A stretch of 64,000 nt of DNA from Piromyces finnis finn (GCA_002104945.1 MCFH01000018.1:496001-560000); one strand, 5' to 3'. Shown: positions 12,134-25,821, counted from the stretch's first letter. A program made the numbers and translations. The notes: generated from the letters alone by a model not told the origin.

Positions 12134-12706
12134 AATCATCCAATAAGTCGTTCCAGTTTTTATCCTGGTTGTTAAGGCGTTTCCTTAGCATACATAAGGC
12201 TTCTGGTTCGACCCCGCAGATGTCAGTGCCTGTGGATTTTCCCACTGGGTTTGCCATGGGTTGGGTTATGATATTCAGGTAAGTATAAATGAACTTTCTA
12301 ATTTACTACTATGATAATAACACTCGTCTAGCCGGCCTGAGAGGGTCTAGTGTACATGGTACATTCCAAATTAGAACTTAATAAGTGGTGACTTAGGCTA
12401 TGCCAAAAACACATAATATTCCTTAATCAATTTAAGTGTAAACATTAGGGGGCGGTTGACACGTGATCAAATTGACTATAAGAGGCTTAGCATTGTAGTT
12501 GTGAAATATCGTACAACGACATGCATCTAATGTACATGGATTAAGTGAGCGTCGAAGCTGAAGAAACAGTATGACAGACCAGGAGGGTCACAACCACCTA
12601 GCAATAGGAATGAGCCAACGTTTCTCTAAGAACCACCATTGGAGCTAACTCTGATCGATGGGAGAAATGCACTCGGAAGTTAAAAAAAAAAAAAATCATC
12701 CAATAA
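12134..12706. repeat. Target-site duplication pair AATCATCCAATAA (12134-12146 and 12694-12706)
   Basis: Exact 13-bp direct repeat bounding the GC-rich insertion. Its first two As overlap the poly(A) tail, so the length could be 11-13 bp. Confidence 0.9.
12147..12693 (+). mobile_element. Candidate tRNA-derived SINE / retroposed structured RNA with poly(A) tail and 13-bp TSD
   Basis: Sharp GC island (223 G+C in 535 nt by hand count, ~42%) within very AT-rich flanks. It ends in an A14 run (12682-12695) and is flanked by identical AATCATCCAATAA at 12134-12146 and 12694-12706. The head contains TGGTTGTTAAGGCG and the B-box match GGTTCGACCCC (12205-12215). No substantial ORF on the + strand. Confidence 0.8.
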
Positions 12707-12915
12707 CTCGACATAATTAATAAATAAATATTTTTAATTTGTTAATTAAAATAAACTTTAAAATTTTCTATTTCGATTGACAATTTTGAATTGTGTATTT
12801 GAAATTGTTATTTTTTATAAATTTAAAAATGTCTTCTTTTAAATTGAGTTTAAACGAAGTTTTTACTTTCATTTTTTATTCATTAAATTTTTTTTATTTA
12901 TATTATTTATTAATT

Positions 12916-12953
<38 letters not shown>

Positions 12954-14900
12954 AAACATAAAATAGACAATTTTTTATATAGTAATAAATTTTTGTAAAT
13001 AAATTTTATTTATTAAATTATTTTACTAATTGATAAATATTTTTTTTTTGAATTGTGTGAAAATTATATAAATATGGTGAATAAAATTATTACTTACGGG
13101 TTCTTTTTTTTTTTTTTTTTGGAAATGATAGAATAATTATATATTTATATTATATATATACACTATATATTACTTTATTTAAAATATTAATTATAATATA
13201 TACAAACCTGTTTAGCCTAAATATTTCTTATTTTTATTATGATAATAGTGATAATAGTGATAATAATAACAATAATACTATCATCTAAAAAATAATTTAA
13301 AATGATAATACAAACCTGATGGTCCAAAATAACTTTTTTTTTTAACACTTTTTAATTTATTATCTATTTTTTTTATTATTCTTTCATATATTATTTCACA
13401 CAAAAATTTTAAATAAAAAATTTTTTAATATTCCTAACCTTGTTTAGAAAGTCAACTTTATTATTATGTTTTGAACGATACAGTTTTTAATGTGTTTAAT
13501 AAACAAAAAAAAAAAAGGATACTTTTTAAAATAATAATAATAATAAAAATAAAAAAAAATAAAAAAAAAAGAGAAAAAACTAATTATATATAAATAATTT
13601 TGTATTCAAAAAAAAAAAAGTTTATTCCTTAAAACTTTTTTTGTGAAATTTAAAAAAAATTTCGTCATTTTTTTTTTTTAAAATTTCGTTATTTTTATAA
13701 TTTTTGATAAGGTTTTTTTTTCTTTTTTTTGCTTTTATTTTTGTAGATTATCAAGTATTCAGCAGCAGCAGCAGCAACAATAACAACAAAATACAAGAAA
13801 AAACAATATTTTCTTTATAAATAGTATTTAATAACCTCAAAAAAGAGGTATCATTTTATTATTATTATTATATCATAGGAATATCAGAGGAATAAACAAT
13901 ATAAATAATATAAATAGTAATAACAATTATTCAATGTTTATACAATAATGGTTTATAATACCATAGCTTATAATAATATGTGTAATTCTATGAAAGAAAG
14001 AAATAATAAATTATTTAGAAGGACAAAGCAATGTAAAGGTTTTTTAAAAAAAGAATATTAAATAAAAAAAAGAGATATTTTGCCTTTTATATAATTTAAT
14101 AAAGAAATAATATATTTGAAAAAGAAAAGAAAATAAAAAAAAAACGTAGTGATAAAAAGAAGATGTGTGAAAGTTTTTTTTTTTTTTTTTCTTTTTTAAT
14201 CAACAGCTTGTTATGTATAAAAATTATAGGTAATAAAATATATTACGTTATTTAAAGATAGACCATGATATATACTTTTTTTGCCCACCCACCTATAATA
14301 ATTATTATAGACAAAAAAAGTACAATTAATAAATAGTCCTATTCCTATTTAATAACAATAACAATATGTAATGTAATAGATAGTAAAATTAAAGTAATAC
14401 ATTATAATAATATAGAGAAAGGTAAAAATACATATATTTATTATTATTCATGAATGGTTAAGACTTACTATAAAAAAAAGATATTTATTTTTTATTTTTT
14501 TTTTATTATTAATATTAATATTATTAGCTTTTCTTTAATTTTTTATCTTAAATATTAGTAAAAAAAGTTAAAAAAAAATGTTTATTTACATAACTTTTAT
14601 TATTTTTTTTTCTTAAAGAGTTTATATCTATATAAATATATATAAATAAAAAGGAGGAATAAAATAAATTGAAGAGGTTGACAATATTAATGATGGTATA
14701 TGGGAAAAAGAAAGAAAAAAAAAAAGTGTAAACTAATTTACAATTTTTTATAATTAATTTATAATAAATTAATATTGAAATAATAAAAAATTATAATTAA
14801 ATAAATAAAAACATATATAAAAGTTATTTTCCAATTTGGTTAATTTCTTTCTTTTTCTTTCTTTCTTTCTTTCTACTTTTAAACTATCTATCGGATTTAT

Positions 14901-15487
14901 TTATTCTATGGAATGTGTTTCATATGGCATCATTTCACCATCTTCATTAGCAATATTGATAATTAATAAACTTGGGTTTGGTAATTGTATATTCAATAGA
15001 TTAATGGAATTTTTAATTTCACTAACAAACAGATCATTTCTTTGACGAACGCGAAGAGCATCTTGTCCATTATGTTTGTGTTGAACAAGAATGGCTAAAT
15101 TCATACGTAATTCATCTAAAATATCAGTTGCAGTTACAATACAACGACCTTGGAAATGTCTAGATTCTTTTTCTATAAAGGCTTGTAATCTATCTTGTAA
15201 GGATTGAATTTGTTCAGCAGTAGTATTCTTTGAATTTACAGCAATATTAAATACTTGAATTAATGGAGAAGAACGTCTAATGTTATTAATAAATTTTGAT
15301 GTTAATTCGGAGGTTGGAGCATAAATTTCTTCACCGTTTGGTTTTTTCATTGTGACATTTGTTAAACCAAAATCTTTTACTAAATAGGCTTGACCATCAA
15401 TTTCAATACTAATAATTATTAATAAAAATAGGCGTAATAATCCCATATACATTTATTTTTATTAGATTATCATCATCATCATCATTA

Positions 15488-15518
<31 letters not shown>

Positions 15519-17715
15519 CGTTATCATTATCATTGTTATATATATTTAAACATATTTAAATAAAAAATTATTAAGAATAATTAGAATGAAATATAGTTTC
15601 AAATAAATTATATTATTAAACCATCATCTTTTTTATTTGTATATATATTGCTTTTTTAAAATAAACTTTAATTATATAAAAGAAATAGTGTATTCCTTCA
15701 CTTACCGGTCTCCAACATCAAATGGGTGAGTGATAAATAAAAAGATTAAAGATTGTACTAAACTTGTAATAGTGCCACTAATAGCAAACATAACACCAAC
15801 CCAAATAGAAGATATAGCGACATAAACACTACTTAAATCACAATCAAAAATGGTTAATATAGCAATAATAATGATAATAACTGAAATGGTTTTAAATAAG
15901 TAATCAAGTTTTCTTAATGCAATATTAGAATCTTTCATAGATTTACGTAAAGTTTTTTGTTCTTGGTAAACTTCTAAAACAAAACTCTTAATTTCAGATT
16001 TACTTAAATCACCATTACCATCTTTATCAAAAAGATCAAAGGCATCTTGTGCTTCTTGTTCTGTAATAAAGAATTCTTTAAAGTTTTCAACTGTTAATTC
16101 ATCTTGTGGACGGTCTGTACCTCCTAAATGGTAATATAAATTTCTAGCTAACATTTTGGCATCCCAAGAAGATCTTAAAAGAACACTTTTGGTTGTAGTA
16201 GCTTTTTTACCAACCACATTTTTAGCCATTTTAGCAACTTTACTGTAAAAACCATTATCAACATAATTATTTAAACCAATTTTACTATTATTTGGACTAA
16301 CTTCAGTTTTTATATTTTTATGTCTTGATTCATTTAAATATTCTAAAACTGTAATAGCTTGATTTATTTCTTCAATACGTTCTTCATATACCGATTTATG
16401 GAAGGAAATCTAGGGTAAATCGTATTATTTATAAACATTTTATTATTATTATTATTATTATAAATATAGTCTTACTACTATTACAACAACAACAACTACT
16501 ATTATTACTATTGTTATTATTTTCTTTTTTTTTTTTTTTTTTAATTTTTATTTTTATAGAAACTTTTACTTACGGAGAAACTTTGTAAAATAATTTTTTC
16601 AACGGCCCATATAGCACAAGAAACAAATATGGAAAGAATTAAGGAGTAAATGAAATCCAAGGATTTACTATCATTTTTTGGAACAAAAACTCTTAAAAAT
16701 ATATAAGATATGAAAGATGAAATTGCATAAACAACGTATTTTTGTAAGAAACGAATATAATCAGCAAAATTAAGAATTTTTTTTGAAACATAACCAAAGG
16801 TGAAATCGACTACACGAATAACAAATCCAGGAATTAAATGAACAAAAATTTTTAATAACCAATATACACTCCATGATGGAATTGCCCATAATGCCCATTT
16901 GCTAATATGATGACCACAAATACTTGCATTTCTTAACCAACCCTTACAATCACTTTTAGCTTCCCAATTTACAAGATTATCTGATTTTTTACTTTCAATA
17001 CAATCAAGAGCAAAGGATAAAATAATTGGTACCTATATATATTATTTCCATCATTTTATTTATTAAAAATAGATGAAAAAAAAAAAAAACATGAATATAC
17101 ATTATTTATATATTTAGAAATATTTATTAAAATGCTCTAAACGGTAATATTAATTTTATATATCTAAATGTATCTATCACTTACAGCAAAAATAACATCA
17201 CCAATAATCAACCAAGTCCAATAACGAACTGCCTTTGGGATTTTTGAAAACTTATGAATTAATCCTGATTCTTTGCTATCTTCATCATCACTTTTTTCAT
17301 CCTCCTTTTCTCGATCATTGGTAATATAATCATCTGCAAACCAATCAAAATCATCACATTCTTCTTCTTCACCAACACCTATTCTTGTTGGCTTTTCTTC
17401 CTCAGTTCTTTTATCTTTTGTTGCTTGTGTCAAATTACGATTTATTCTGGCTTTTTTATCATCTTCTTCTTCTGAATCATATTCAGTTTCATCAATTTCA
17501 CTGAAACCTTCCTTTTTCTTTTTCTTTCTACTTATTACACTTGTTATAGTAGGTGTATATTTACTGGATGGTTTATTAAGAAAACTTCCACTTGTATAAG
17601 ATTGTGATTCGTCAATAATTTTTGATGAATCATAATCTTTTTGACTTGAATTTGGATCTTTAATCTTAATTTCTTCTAATTCTATATTACTAGCAAATGG
17701 ATTCATGGGATTCAT
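14901..17715 (-). CDS. MscS-like mechanosensitive ion channel with EF-hand (fungal Msy1/Msy2 type), 4 exons
   Basis: Approximate join complement(14901..15408,15706..16409,16574..17032,17185..17715). Motifs include ISFHKSVYEERI, EF-hand DAFDLFDKDGNGDLSKSEI, FLFITHPFDVGDRIEIDG, and the MscS C-terminal YAPTSELTSKFINNIRRS. Confidence 0.92.
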
Positions 17716-18141
17716 GTTGAATTAGTATTATTACTATTATTATTTTTTTTATTATAAATATTAAATTATCTTTACTATGTAAATTGAAAAGAATTAATTT
17801 ATAAAATAGTTTTATTAAAACTTTATTATATGATATTATTAATAAATGTATATATTATATGTATGAATAAACATTTTAGTTAGTTAATTGTTGTATGAAC
17901 ATTAAAACTATAAAATTTTTAAAGAAATGTTAAATTTTATTTATGAAAAGAAGCCATTTAATTTATTTTTTTTTTAATTTTTTTTATTTTTTTATTTAAT
18001 TCTTGTCAATAACTATATATAGAAAATAAATAATATATTTATGTATATGCATTGATAATTTTATACAAATTATACCTTTTTTTTAATTAAATAATAATGA
18101 TGGTTTTTTGGTGTCTTTTTTTTTAAACAATGGATTATTAT

Positions 18142-18174
<33 letters not shown>

Positions 18175-21009
18175 TAAAAGAATTAATAAACAATATATTA
18201 TAATTTATAATTATATATAAAATAATCATAATTACAATAATATGTAAATAAATGACAAGGGGAATAAATACCTATTACTTTCCAATTTAATATTTTTAAT
18301 TTTTCATGTCGTAATTTCAAACTATATTTTAACTTTTCGCTTATATTAGGTAGAGATAAATATTATTCAACCATTTATTTTATTATTTCTTTTGAATGTG
18401 AATATAAATTTATAATTAATTATTATTAATTAATTATATATATAGAAAATTGTATTTATAATAACTAATAAATACAAATAATAATAATAAAAAATTAACG
18501 ATAAATTAAAAAAAAGTTTAATATCTTTAATTTTATATATATATATATATATACATATGAAAATATAAAATTAAAAATGCTTATCGTTAACATATATAAA
18601 GATAAATAATGCATACAATTCTATTTTAGTATTAAACTAACTGTTTTAGTATAAATTTTATATAATTTTCAAAATACTTTTAAAGATTATTGTTTTATAT
18701 TCAATATGATTTATTACTATTACTATTACTATTACTACTACTACTACTACTATTATTATTATTATAATTATTATTATTATTATTAATTAATTTTTTTTTT
18801 TAAAATTTATATTTTTCATAACTATTATAATGCTTTTTATTTTTTTTATTATTGTCCTTATTAATATTCCTAAACTTTTTTTTTTAACTATTTTTATAGA
18901 TTTTTATCTACATATAGCTATCGCTTCTATCACTTTGGTAAAAATAAAAGATCACTAAATTTTCCTAAATAGTAAATTTAATTTATAATAATTAGATTTA
19001 TCCTTTAATTAATTAATATATGTAAACATTTAATAAAATAAAAAAATGGATAATACATTTTTTACATATAAAATTTTTTATGTAAAATAAATTAATTTTA
19101 GGTTATTTCACAATTTATATTTAGTAAAAAAAAAAAAAAAAAACTTTTAATTTTAAACAGACCAAACCATCACCATTATATCAAAAAAAAGATATATATA
19201 TAAATATCATTGTTTTTAATGCTTAACAACTTCTTTTATAATTATAAATGAAAATGAATTTTAATTACTTTTAATAATAATTAGACAAATTGATGAATTA
19301 GTATATATCCTAGATTTTTGGCAGATTTAGCCAGAAATTTTATCCAGAAGAAATTTGACCTCTGCCAGATTTTAATGTTAATAATGACTCTGGAATATAA
19401 TAAAGAAAAGGTATATACCATTGTTGTCCTTAATAAGAATGAAATAATTTAAAGCATTAGAGAATGAAAGGACAAAATATATACTTTATTATTATAATTA
19501 TTTATAACAAATAAAAAAAATGGGTATAATTTTGATTTATGGGAAATAGTCAAACTTTTTTCTCATGGATTACGCAACAAAGCATCGCAAATAAAATAAA
19601 TAAGATGAAAATGGAAAAATTCATAGTATTTTTTTAATTATAATTAAATCTTATTTAATATTAAAAATATACATTAATTTTATTATAATAAAAAAAAGTG
19701 AAAATTATTAATAGTTATATGAATGAGAAAGAAATTATTATGTAAATAATTTCTATTACTATCTACTAATTATCAAAAAAAAAAAAAAAAAAACAATCTT
19801 TTTAAATGTGTTTTAATATATAATTAGATAGGAATAGACATAAAATCATTTATTTTCAATGATTAAATAAGAGTGGAATAATTGTTTAATAGTAGTATTT
19901 TTATATATCAAAATGAAACAACTTTTTCATAATTAATGATAACCATTCTATTAATACGAATAATATAAAATTTTAATTATCGTAGGCATCCTTTTTAATA
20001 TATATTAATATCAACATTAATTTATATCTATATTATTATTCAGGATAGCATAGCTTCCATATACCAATTTACATGAAATTTAGAATATATTAATTATTTG
20101 ATATTCAAATGTAAAAAAAAGAATTTTTTTTAATATCCAAAATATATTTGATACTTTGAAAAATAGTTCTGGTAGTTAGGGATAAAGATTTATTAGGAAA
20201 TGATAATGATTTGACTCTCTATCCCATAACTAAAATATAAATTATTATTTAAAAAAAAAAATTATTAATAATTACCTCGAATATATATTTGAAATACAAT
20301 AGAATTGACGATATAATTTTAAACAATTCACAAATGAATTTTTAATTGAAGGGAAAAGGAAAGAATATATTTATGATTATTATTAAAATTACATAGATAT
20401 ATATTCATTAATAAAACACTTTTTAAATAATTATAATATAATTATTATTTTTAAAAATTCAAGATAAATTTAATTTTAATAGTAAAAGGGTCATAATTAA
20501 AAGTAAAAACAAAGAATGAAATTTTATAAGTTTCGAGCATAAATATACATTATAATCCTGTCGTTTTATTAGTATATAAAATTTACACTATATCCGCATT
20601 GATATGACATAACATACTGAATATAAGAAATGAAATAATAATCCTATTCATCTACTTTGGCAGTAAACATATATATATTAACTAACGATAAAGATATGAT
20701 ATAGTTCTTTTTATCTTATTCAAGAAAGTACCTTTCATCCTTTATAATAATAATTATAATAAAAGATTTGACTATAACACATTTCAAATGTAAATTTTAT
20801 ATTTCGGTTTGATAGTCAAATAAATTTCCTACATTTAATTTAATGCTCATTATAAAAATAATATAAAATATTTTCAAAGATTAAATCATATTTGACTTTT
20901 TTTTTGTTGTTGTTGTTGTTTAATATATATATTTAATAATCATTTTAAAAAATTGGGTCTTTGAAATAAAAATGAATAAGTGAGTATTTAACATTTAATA
21001 ATATAAAAT

Positions 21010-21106
21010 ACTATTTATTTATTTACTTATTTACTTATTTACTTATTTACTTATTTATTTATTTATTTATTTATTTATTCATTCATTCATATATTTAGTT
21101 ATTTAG

Positions 21107-21141
<35 letters not shown>

Positions 21142-21142
21142 T
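21010..21142. repeat. (ATTT/ACTT/ATTC)n tetranucleotide-type microsatellite; similar tracts at ~60060-60265 (AAAT/AACT) and ~61380-61490
   Basis: Directly visible tandem TTAT-type units with variant blocks. Confidence 0.85.
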
Positions 21143-23219
21143 TAATGCTCAAATATAAATTTTTTAATATTTAAAATTTTGCCATGATGAAATTAAATTA
21201 AAATATTCTTTAATATCTTTTTTAAAATTATTAAAAGTCAATGGGGAATGTCTTTAGAACTTCATCATCATAAAAAACCATGGGTCATCTAGAGTAATAA
21301 CCACCACCTTTTTTTATTTAAAGTCAAAGGCACCTTTTCTTTTTGATATTCTTGCTAAAAGCTTTTTACCTAAAACCATTGACAATTGCCTTCTCAAAGG
21401 CCAAAAAGGAATATTTTTATTTTTTTTTATAATTTACTATTATTTTTTTAATTTATTATATTTATTATTGTTATGCAATTTTTTTTAATTTTACATTTAA
21501 AAGCCATTACATTGCATAATATATTATATGCATATAATAATTTAATGGTAATATAAAATTTTTAATATATAATAAAGTTTATTAAAATAATTGTAATATA
21601 TGTAATACTAAAATAGGGAAGTAGTTCAAGAACATAACAACATCTTTCAAAAAAAAAAAAAAAAGCAATAATTATATATAAAGAAAGCACATAATGCCTA
21701 AAGAAATGAATATGTAAAAAAGAGGATCTTACGAATTAAAAATGGATTCATACTTATAGTAATTATATATAAAAATAGAAATAATAAAAGGGTTGTTACA
21801 TCTGGTAAAAAAAAAAGCATTATCTCAAATTTTAATTGCAGTAAAATTAGTACCAAAATTTCATAAAATAAATGATAAAAATTTATTTAGTATATTATTC
21901 ATTCATCCATTAATTAATAATATTAATATTTATTTATATAAATATTTATTTATTCATGCATTTATATAACAATGTATCCATTTAAATGAAAGAAAAGATG
22001 TTAATGTTAAATCAGCACAAAATCAACTTTATTATATATTAATATATACTCAAATATATTCGTAATAAATGATTACATATATTCTTAATTTTACATACTG
22101 CCATAATATATTATATTATTTATTATTTAATAAAATCAATACAAATTTTTATATAGTTTGGATAAATATAATAATTGTTGGTAATTAATTATAATATATT
22201 GTAGAGTTAAATTAGTTTTATATATTCAATATTTAAATTAAATTTTAAAATAAAATTGATAATAAAAAATAATATATTATGAAATTTTTTTAAAAAAAAA
22301 AAAGAATAAAAAAAATATTCATTCAATTTTTAACAGGACACTTTTTTTTTTTATATTATATTATTAATAATAAATAAAAAGGTTGATTATTATAAGAAGG
22401 GAAAAAAGAAAGAGATAACTTGATTTTTAAATAGATTACCAAATGTATGAAAGAAAATATAATGAATAGGAATAAAGATTATTAATGAATACATTTATGA
22501 TATTATAGTATTAATACTTTGCAAATTAAATATTCAATATTTATACATTTATAGTTTTTATATATGAAATTTTGAAAAAACGAAAAACGAATTAACAAAA
22601 AATAAAAGGGAACATAGAATCGAATTTAAAAACCTTACTCTTAAACACCAAAAAAAAAAAAGTGTTTTTTTTTTTTCCCTAAAAGATATATGAAAAAGTA
22701 TATATACAATAACATTCAAAAGATAATAACAAGTGAATAATTAAAATATTAAATTTTATTTGTCACAAAATATATTTATCGAAATATAAATTTTGAAATT
22801 TCATGTCATTTTTTAAATATCTATTTTTTAAATATAAGAACAAGAAAAAGTAAAGGGAAACTACGAGAACAATAAATAAAAAAAAAAAAAAAAAAGAATT
22901 ATTTATATCAATTTTGGGATATTTTATATTATCAACAAAAATCTAATTAAAAAAAATTCAATTTTATAACACTCATTCAAAATTTTGGAATAATTAAAGG
23001 TAATTTACAAAATAATTAAAAATTTAAATATTTTTATTATTAATAATATAATTTATATTGCAATATATATATTTAAAAAAAAAAAAAAAAGGTATATCAT
23101 AAAACAAAAATTAGAAAAAGTTTTACCAAATTTGTTTAAAATTTGAAATTTTTTTAAAAAAATTTCAATAGTTAAATACATAGAAATTAAAAAAAGATAA
23201 TTTTTTTATAAAGTTTATT

Positions 23220-25789
23220 ATGGTTCTATTAAATGATTTGGGCCAAATAACCCATATGAACATTTTAGTTCTTGGGGATAAACATACTGGAAAATCATCT
23301 TTAATTTCAACTTTTGTAAATCCAAGAAAATCTATTTTATGTAACAATGAAATTTATTCACCTACCATAGAAGACTCTGTTTTAATTCAATATATAGCAA
23401 ATAATTATCAAAATGATAATAATAACAATAATATCAACAATAGTTCATCGTTCAACTCATTTCCATCGTATGCCAATTACCCCCCTAACAATAATCTATA
23501 TTCTTCAGTATATAATACAACAGCACAACCTGAAACATTGCAAGAAGTGTTGAGTAGTAAAACTAATGAAATAGATTTAGAATCTATATTTTCAGAGATA
23601 TCAAATAATACTATGGATGGATCTTCTTATGAGTTTTCTGTGGATACATTAAATGAAATTTCATTGGATGAATTGTCTGTAAGTCAAAGCTTGTATATGG
23701 AACGCTCTGAAAAAGATAGTAAAGAAAATTGCTCAACAATTAATTTAACAATTACAGAAATTGGTGGTGCAGAAGAATTCTCTTCATTACTACCATCAGC
23801 AATTGATAAAGCAGATGCATTTATGTTTGTATATGATGTGGGTAATGAAAAATCATTTCATAGTATATGGGATTATTTCAAAAAAGTTGTAGAAACAAAA
23901 TTGGAAAGACCAAAGGATATTCCAATGATTTTGGTAGGTACAATGGTTGACACCATAGTTAAATATATGGCAAGTTTTAGAAAGCGTGAAGTAACTACGG
24001 AAAAAGGCCGTCTTTTTAGTAATTTAACCAATATGCCTTTTTTCGAATCAAGTGCAAAAGCACCAAAAGTTGTATTTTCATGCTTTAAAAAATTAATTTA
24101 TGAGTCACAAAGAATATATATGGAATATTTTGAAAATATATATTTAAAACAACAACAAAAACAACAAAAACAACAACAACTAGAACAAGATCAAGAAAAA
24201 CAACAAGAACACGAATACAATAATATTCCTTCATTAACGGATTCATCAGAAGAAGAGGCTATTCATTCTATGAAACCTATTAATTTAAATAAATCTATAA
24301 AAACAAATATAAATACGGCTGATCTATCTACGTATTCTTCTTCTACCATAAATAAAAATAAAGGAATTAAAAATTCAAGTAAAACAAGGTCATCTTCATT
24401 AACCCCACAACAACAACTTTTAAAAGCTACATTAAATCAATCAGAATCAGCAAACCTTAATAATTCATCGTCTTCAAATTCAACAGAATCTTTACTATCT
24501 TCTACTTCAACACTAATTAACTCTAAAAGTAATATCGAAAAGAATCATTCCATTCGGAAGGATATCATGCTTTATAATAATAATAGTGGAAATACATTAA
24601 TCATAGAACAGAAGGATGCTTCAACATCAAATATAACTCCATCATCGAAATTAAATCAACCAAAAAGAAATAGTAAGCTAATGAATCAAATAGATGATAA
24701 TAGTAATGTCAATACAAAAAGAAATTCCTTCAATAATAATTTCAATGATGAGGAGGAAAATAAAAATAAAAATTCATTCAATTTAGCTTCATTGCCATCA
24801 TCAATACCAGTATTTAATAAGGACATGACAAACAACACTAGTTTCAACAGTAGCAGCAGTGGTAGTAATAGTATTAATAGCAAACAGCTATTACAAACGG
24901 CTTTACGGAATTCTACTATTGATCGTAAAAGTTCAGGATCTAGTCAACATTCTAACTTTTCTTCATTTTCACAAAAGAATATGCCATATAATAATCAAAT
25001 CATGTATCTTCCTCAGAATATGGCAAATACTATTAATGGTCTAAATCAATATGGAAATTCACAAATAATAAATAACCTCAATAAAAGAATCTCTAGAAGT
25101 TCACTCTCTGACGGTGATTCAACTACAGCTAATTTAATCTCAGCCTTATCAGCGATTACGTTAGATGAATCAAATCCTCTTTCACCACAATTAAAATCCG
25201 AAACATTAACACTATTGAAAAGTTTAATTGAAAAAGAAGAAAACGAATTAGCATCCACAGTTGTTAATGAACAAAATAATTCAAATAATTCCATCCAAAA
25301 TTTACAGGGTGCAATGGCTAATTCTAATTCTACCCTAAATTCTTCATTTACATCACAGTCCTTCCATGAAGAAAATGATTTTTCAAGTTTAAAACAAAGT
25401 AATAGCATCAATAGAAAACACTTGTCAGATAACTCAAATATATTACCTAGTCAACTTCGCCATATTTCTAGTCTTTCTGATTTGGAATTTTTAAAGGAAA
25501 AGAATTTAAGTCAAGAGCAAATGTTAAAGGAAATGTATAATAACAATACATCACCGTTCAAGGAATTGAAAAAACTTCAAAATCAAATAAAAATTGAAGA
25601 AGCAACGAATCAAATAAATACAAATTCACATCCTTTCTTTATGAATTCTTCTTTAAATAGTATACCATTATCCCCAGAATTATCACATGTTTCATCTCAA
25701 TCTAGTAATTCATCTATTTCTAAGAATATATTACAAAATCTTAAAAGAAATTCACAACTTTACAATAACACGAATGAAATGTAAGCTTT

Positions 25790-25821
<32 letters not shown>

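Noticed and set aside
12147-12221. Functional tRNA gene
   Set aside because: The acceptor and T stems do not pair canonically, the anticodon loop (GCATACA) lacks the U33 pattern, and the D-arm to anticodon spacing is wrong. At most it is a tRNA-derived head.
12018-12257. 79-aa minus-strand ORF
   Set aside because: It starts inside the non-coding insertion, runs across the TSD into AT-rich flank and ends in homopolymer-derived residues, so it is a chance frame.
12147-12286. Minus strand begins ATACTTACCTG, like U1 snRNA
   Set aside because: No U1-70K loop (GATCAC), U1A loop (ATTGCAC) or Sm site follows it. It is better explained as a plus-strand 5' splice site.
12329-12346. TAGCCGGCCTGAGAGGGT matches a conserved segment of bacterial 16S rRNA (helix 12 region, recalled from memory)
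   Set aside because: The flanking sequence does not follow 16S (no GGCCACACTGGGACTGAG or ACTCCTACGGGAGGCAGCAG downstream). Treated as a shared hairpin motif or coincidence, not an rRNA gene.
14790-14900. In-frame lysine/arginine-rich continuation after the MscS stop codon (possible read-through)
   Set aside because: The stop is TAA and the extension derives from a (CTTT)n repeat. Nothing supports read-through.
19319-19367. Inverted pair TGGCAGA/TCTGCCA with short CCAGA direct repeats
   Set aside because: Only 7 bp, with no TSD or further structure visible; insufficient for a transposon end.
19860-20830. Possible eroded coding sequence (for example KIVLVVRDKDLLGNDNDLTLYPITKI; similar hints at 44160-45150)
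   Set aside because: The fragments are short, unrecognisable and could arise by chance, so they are not supported well enough to call.
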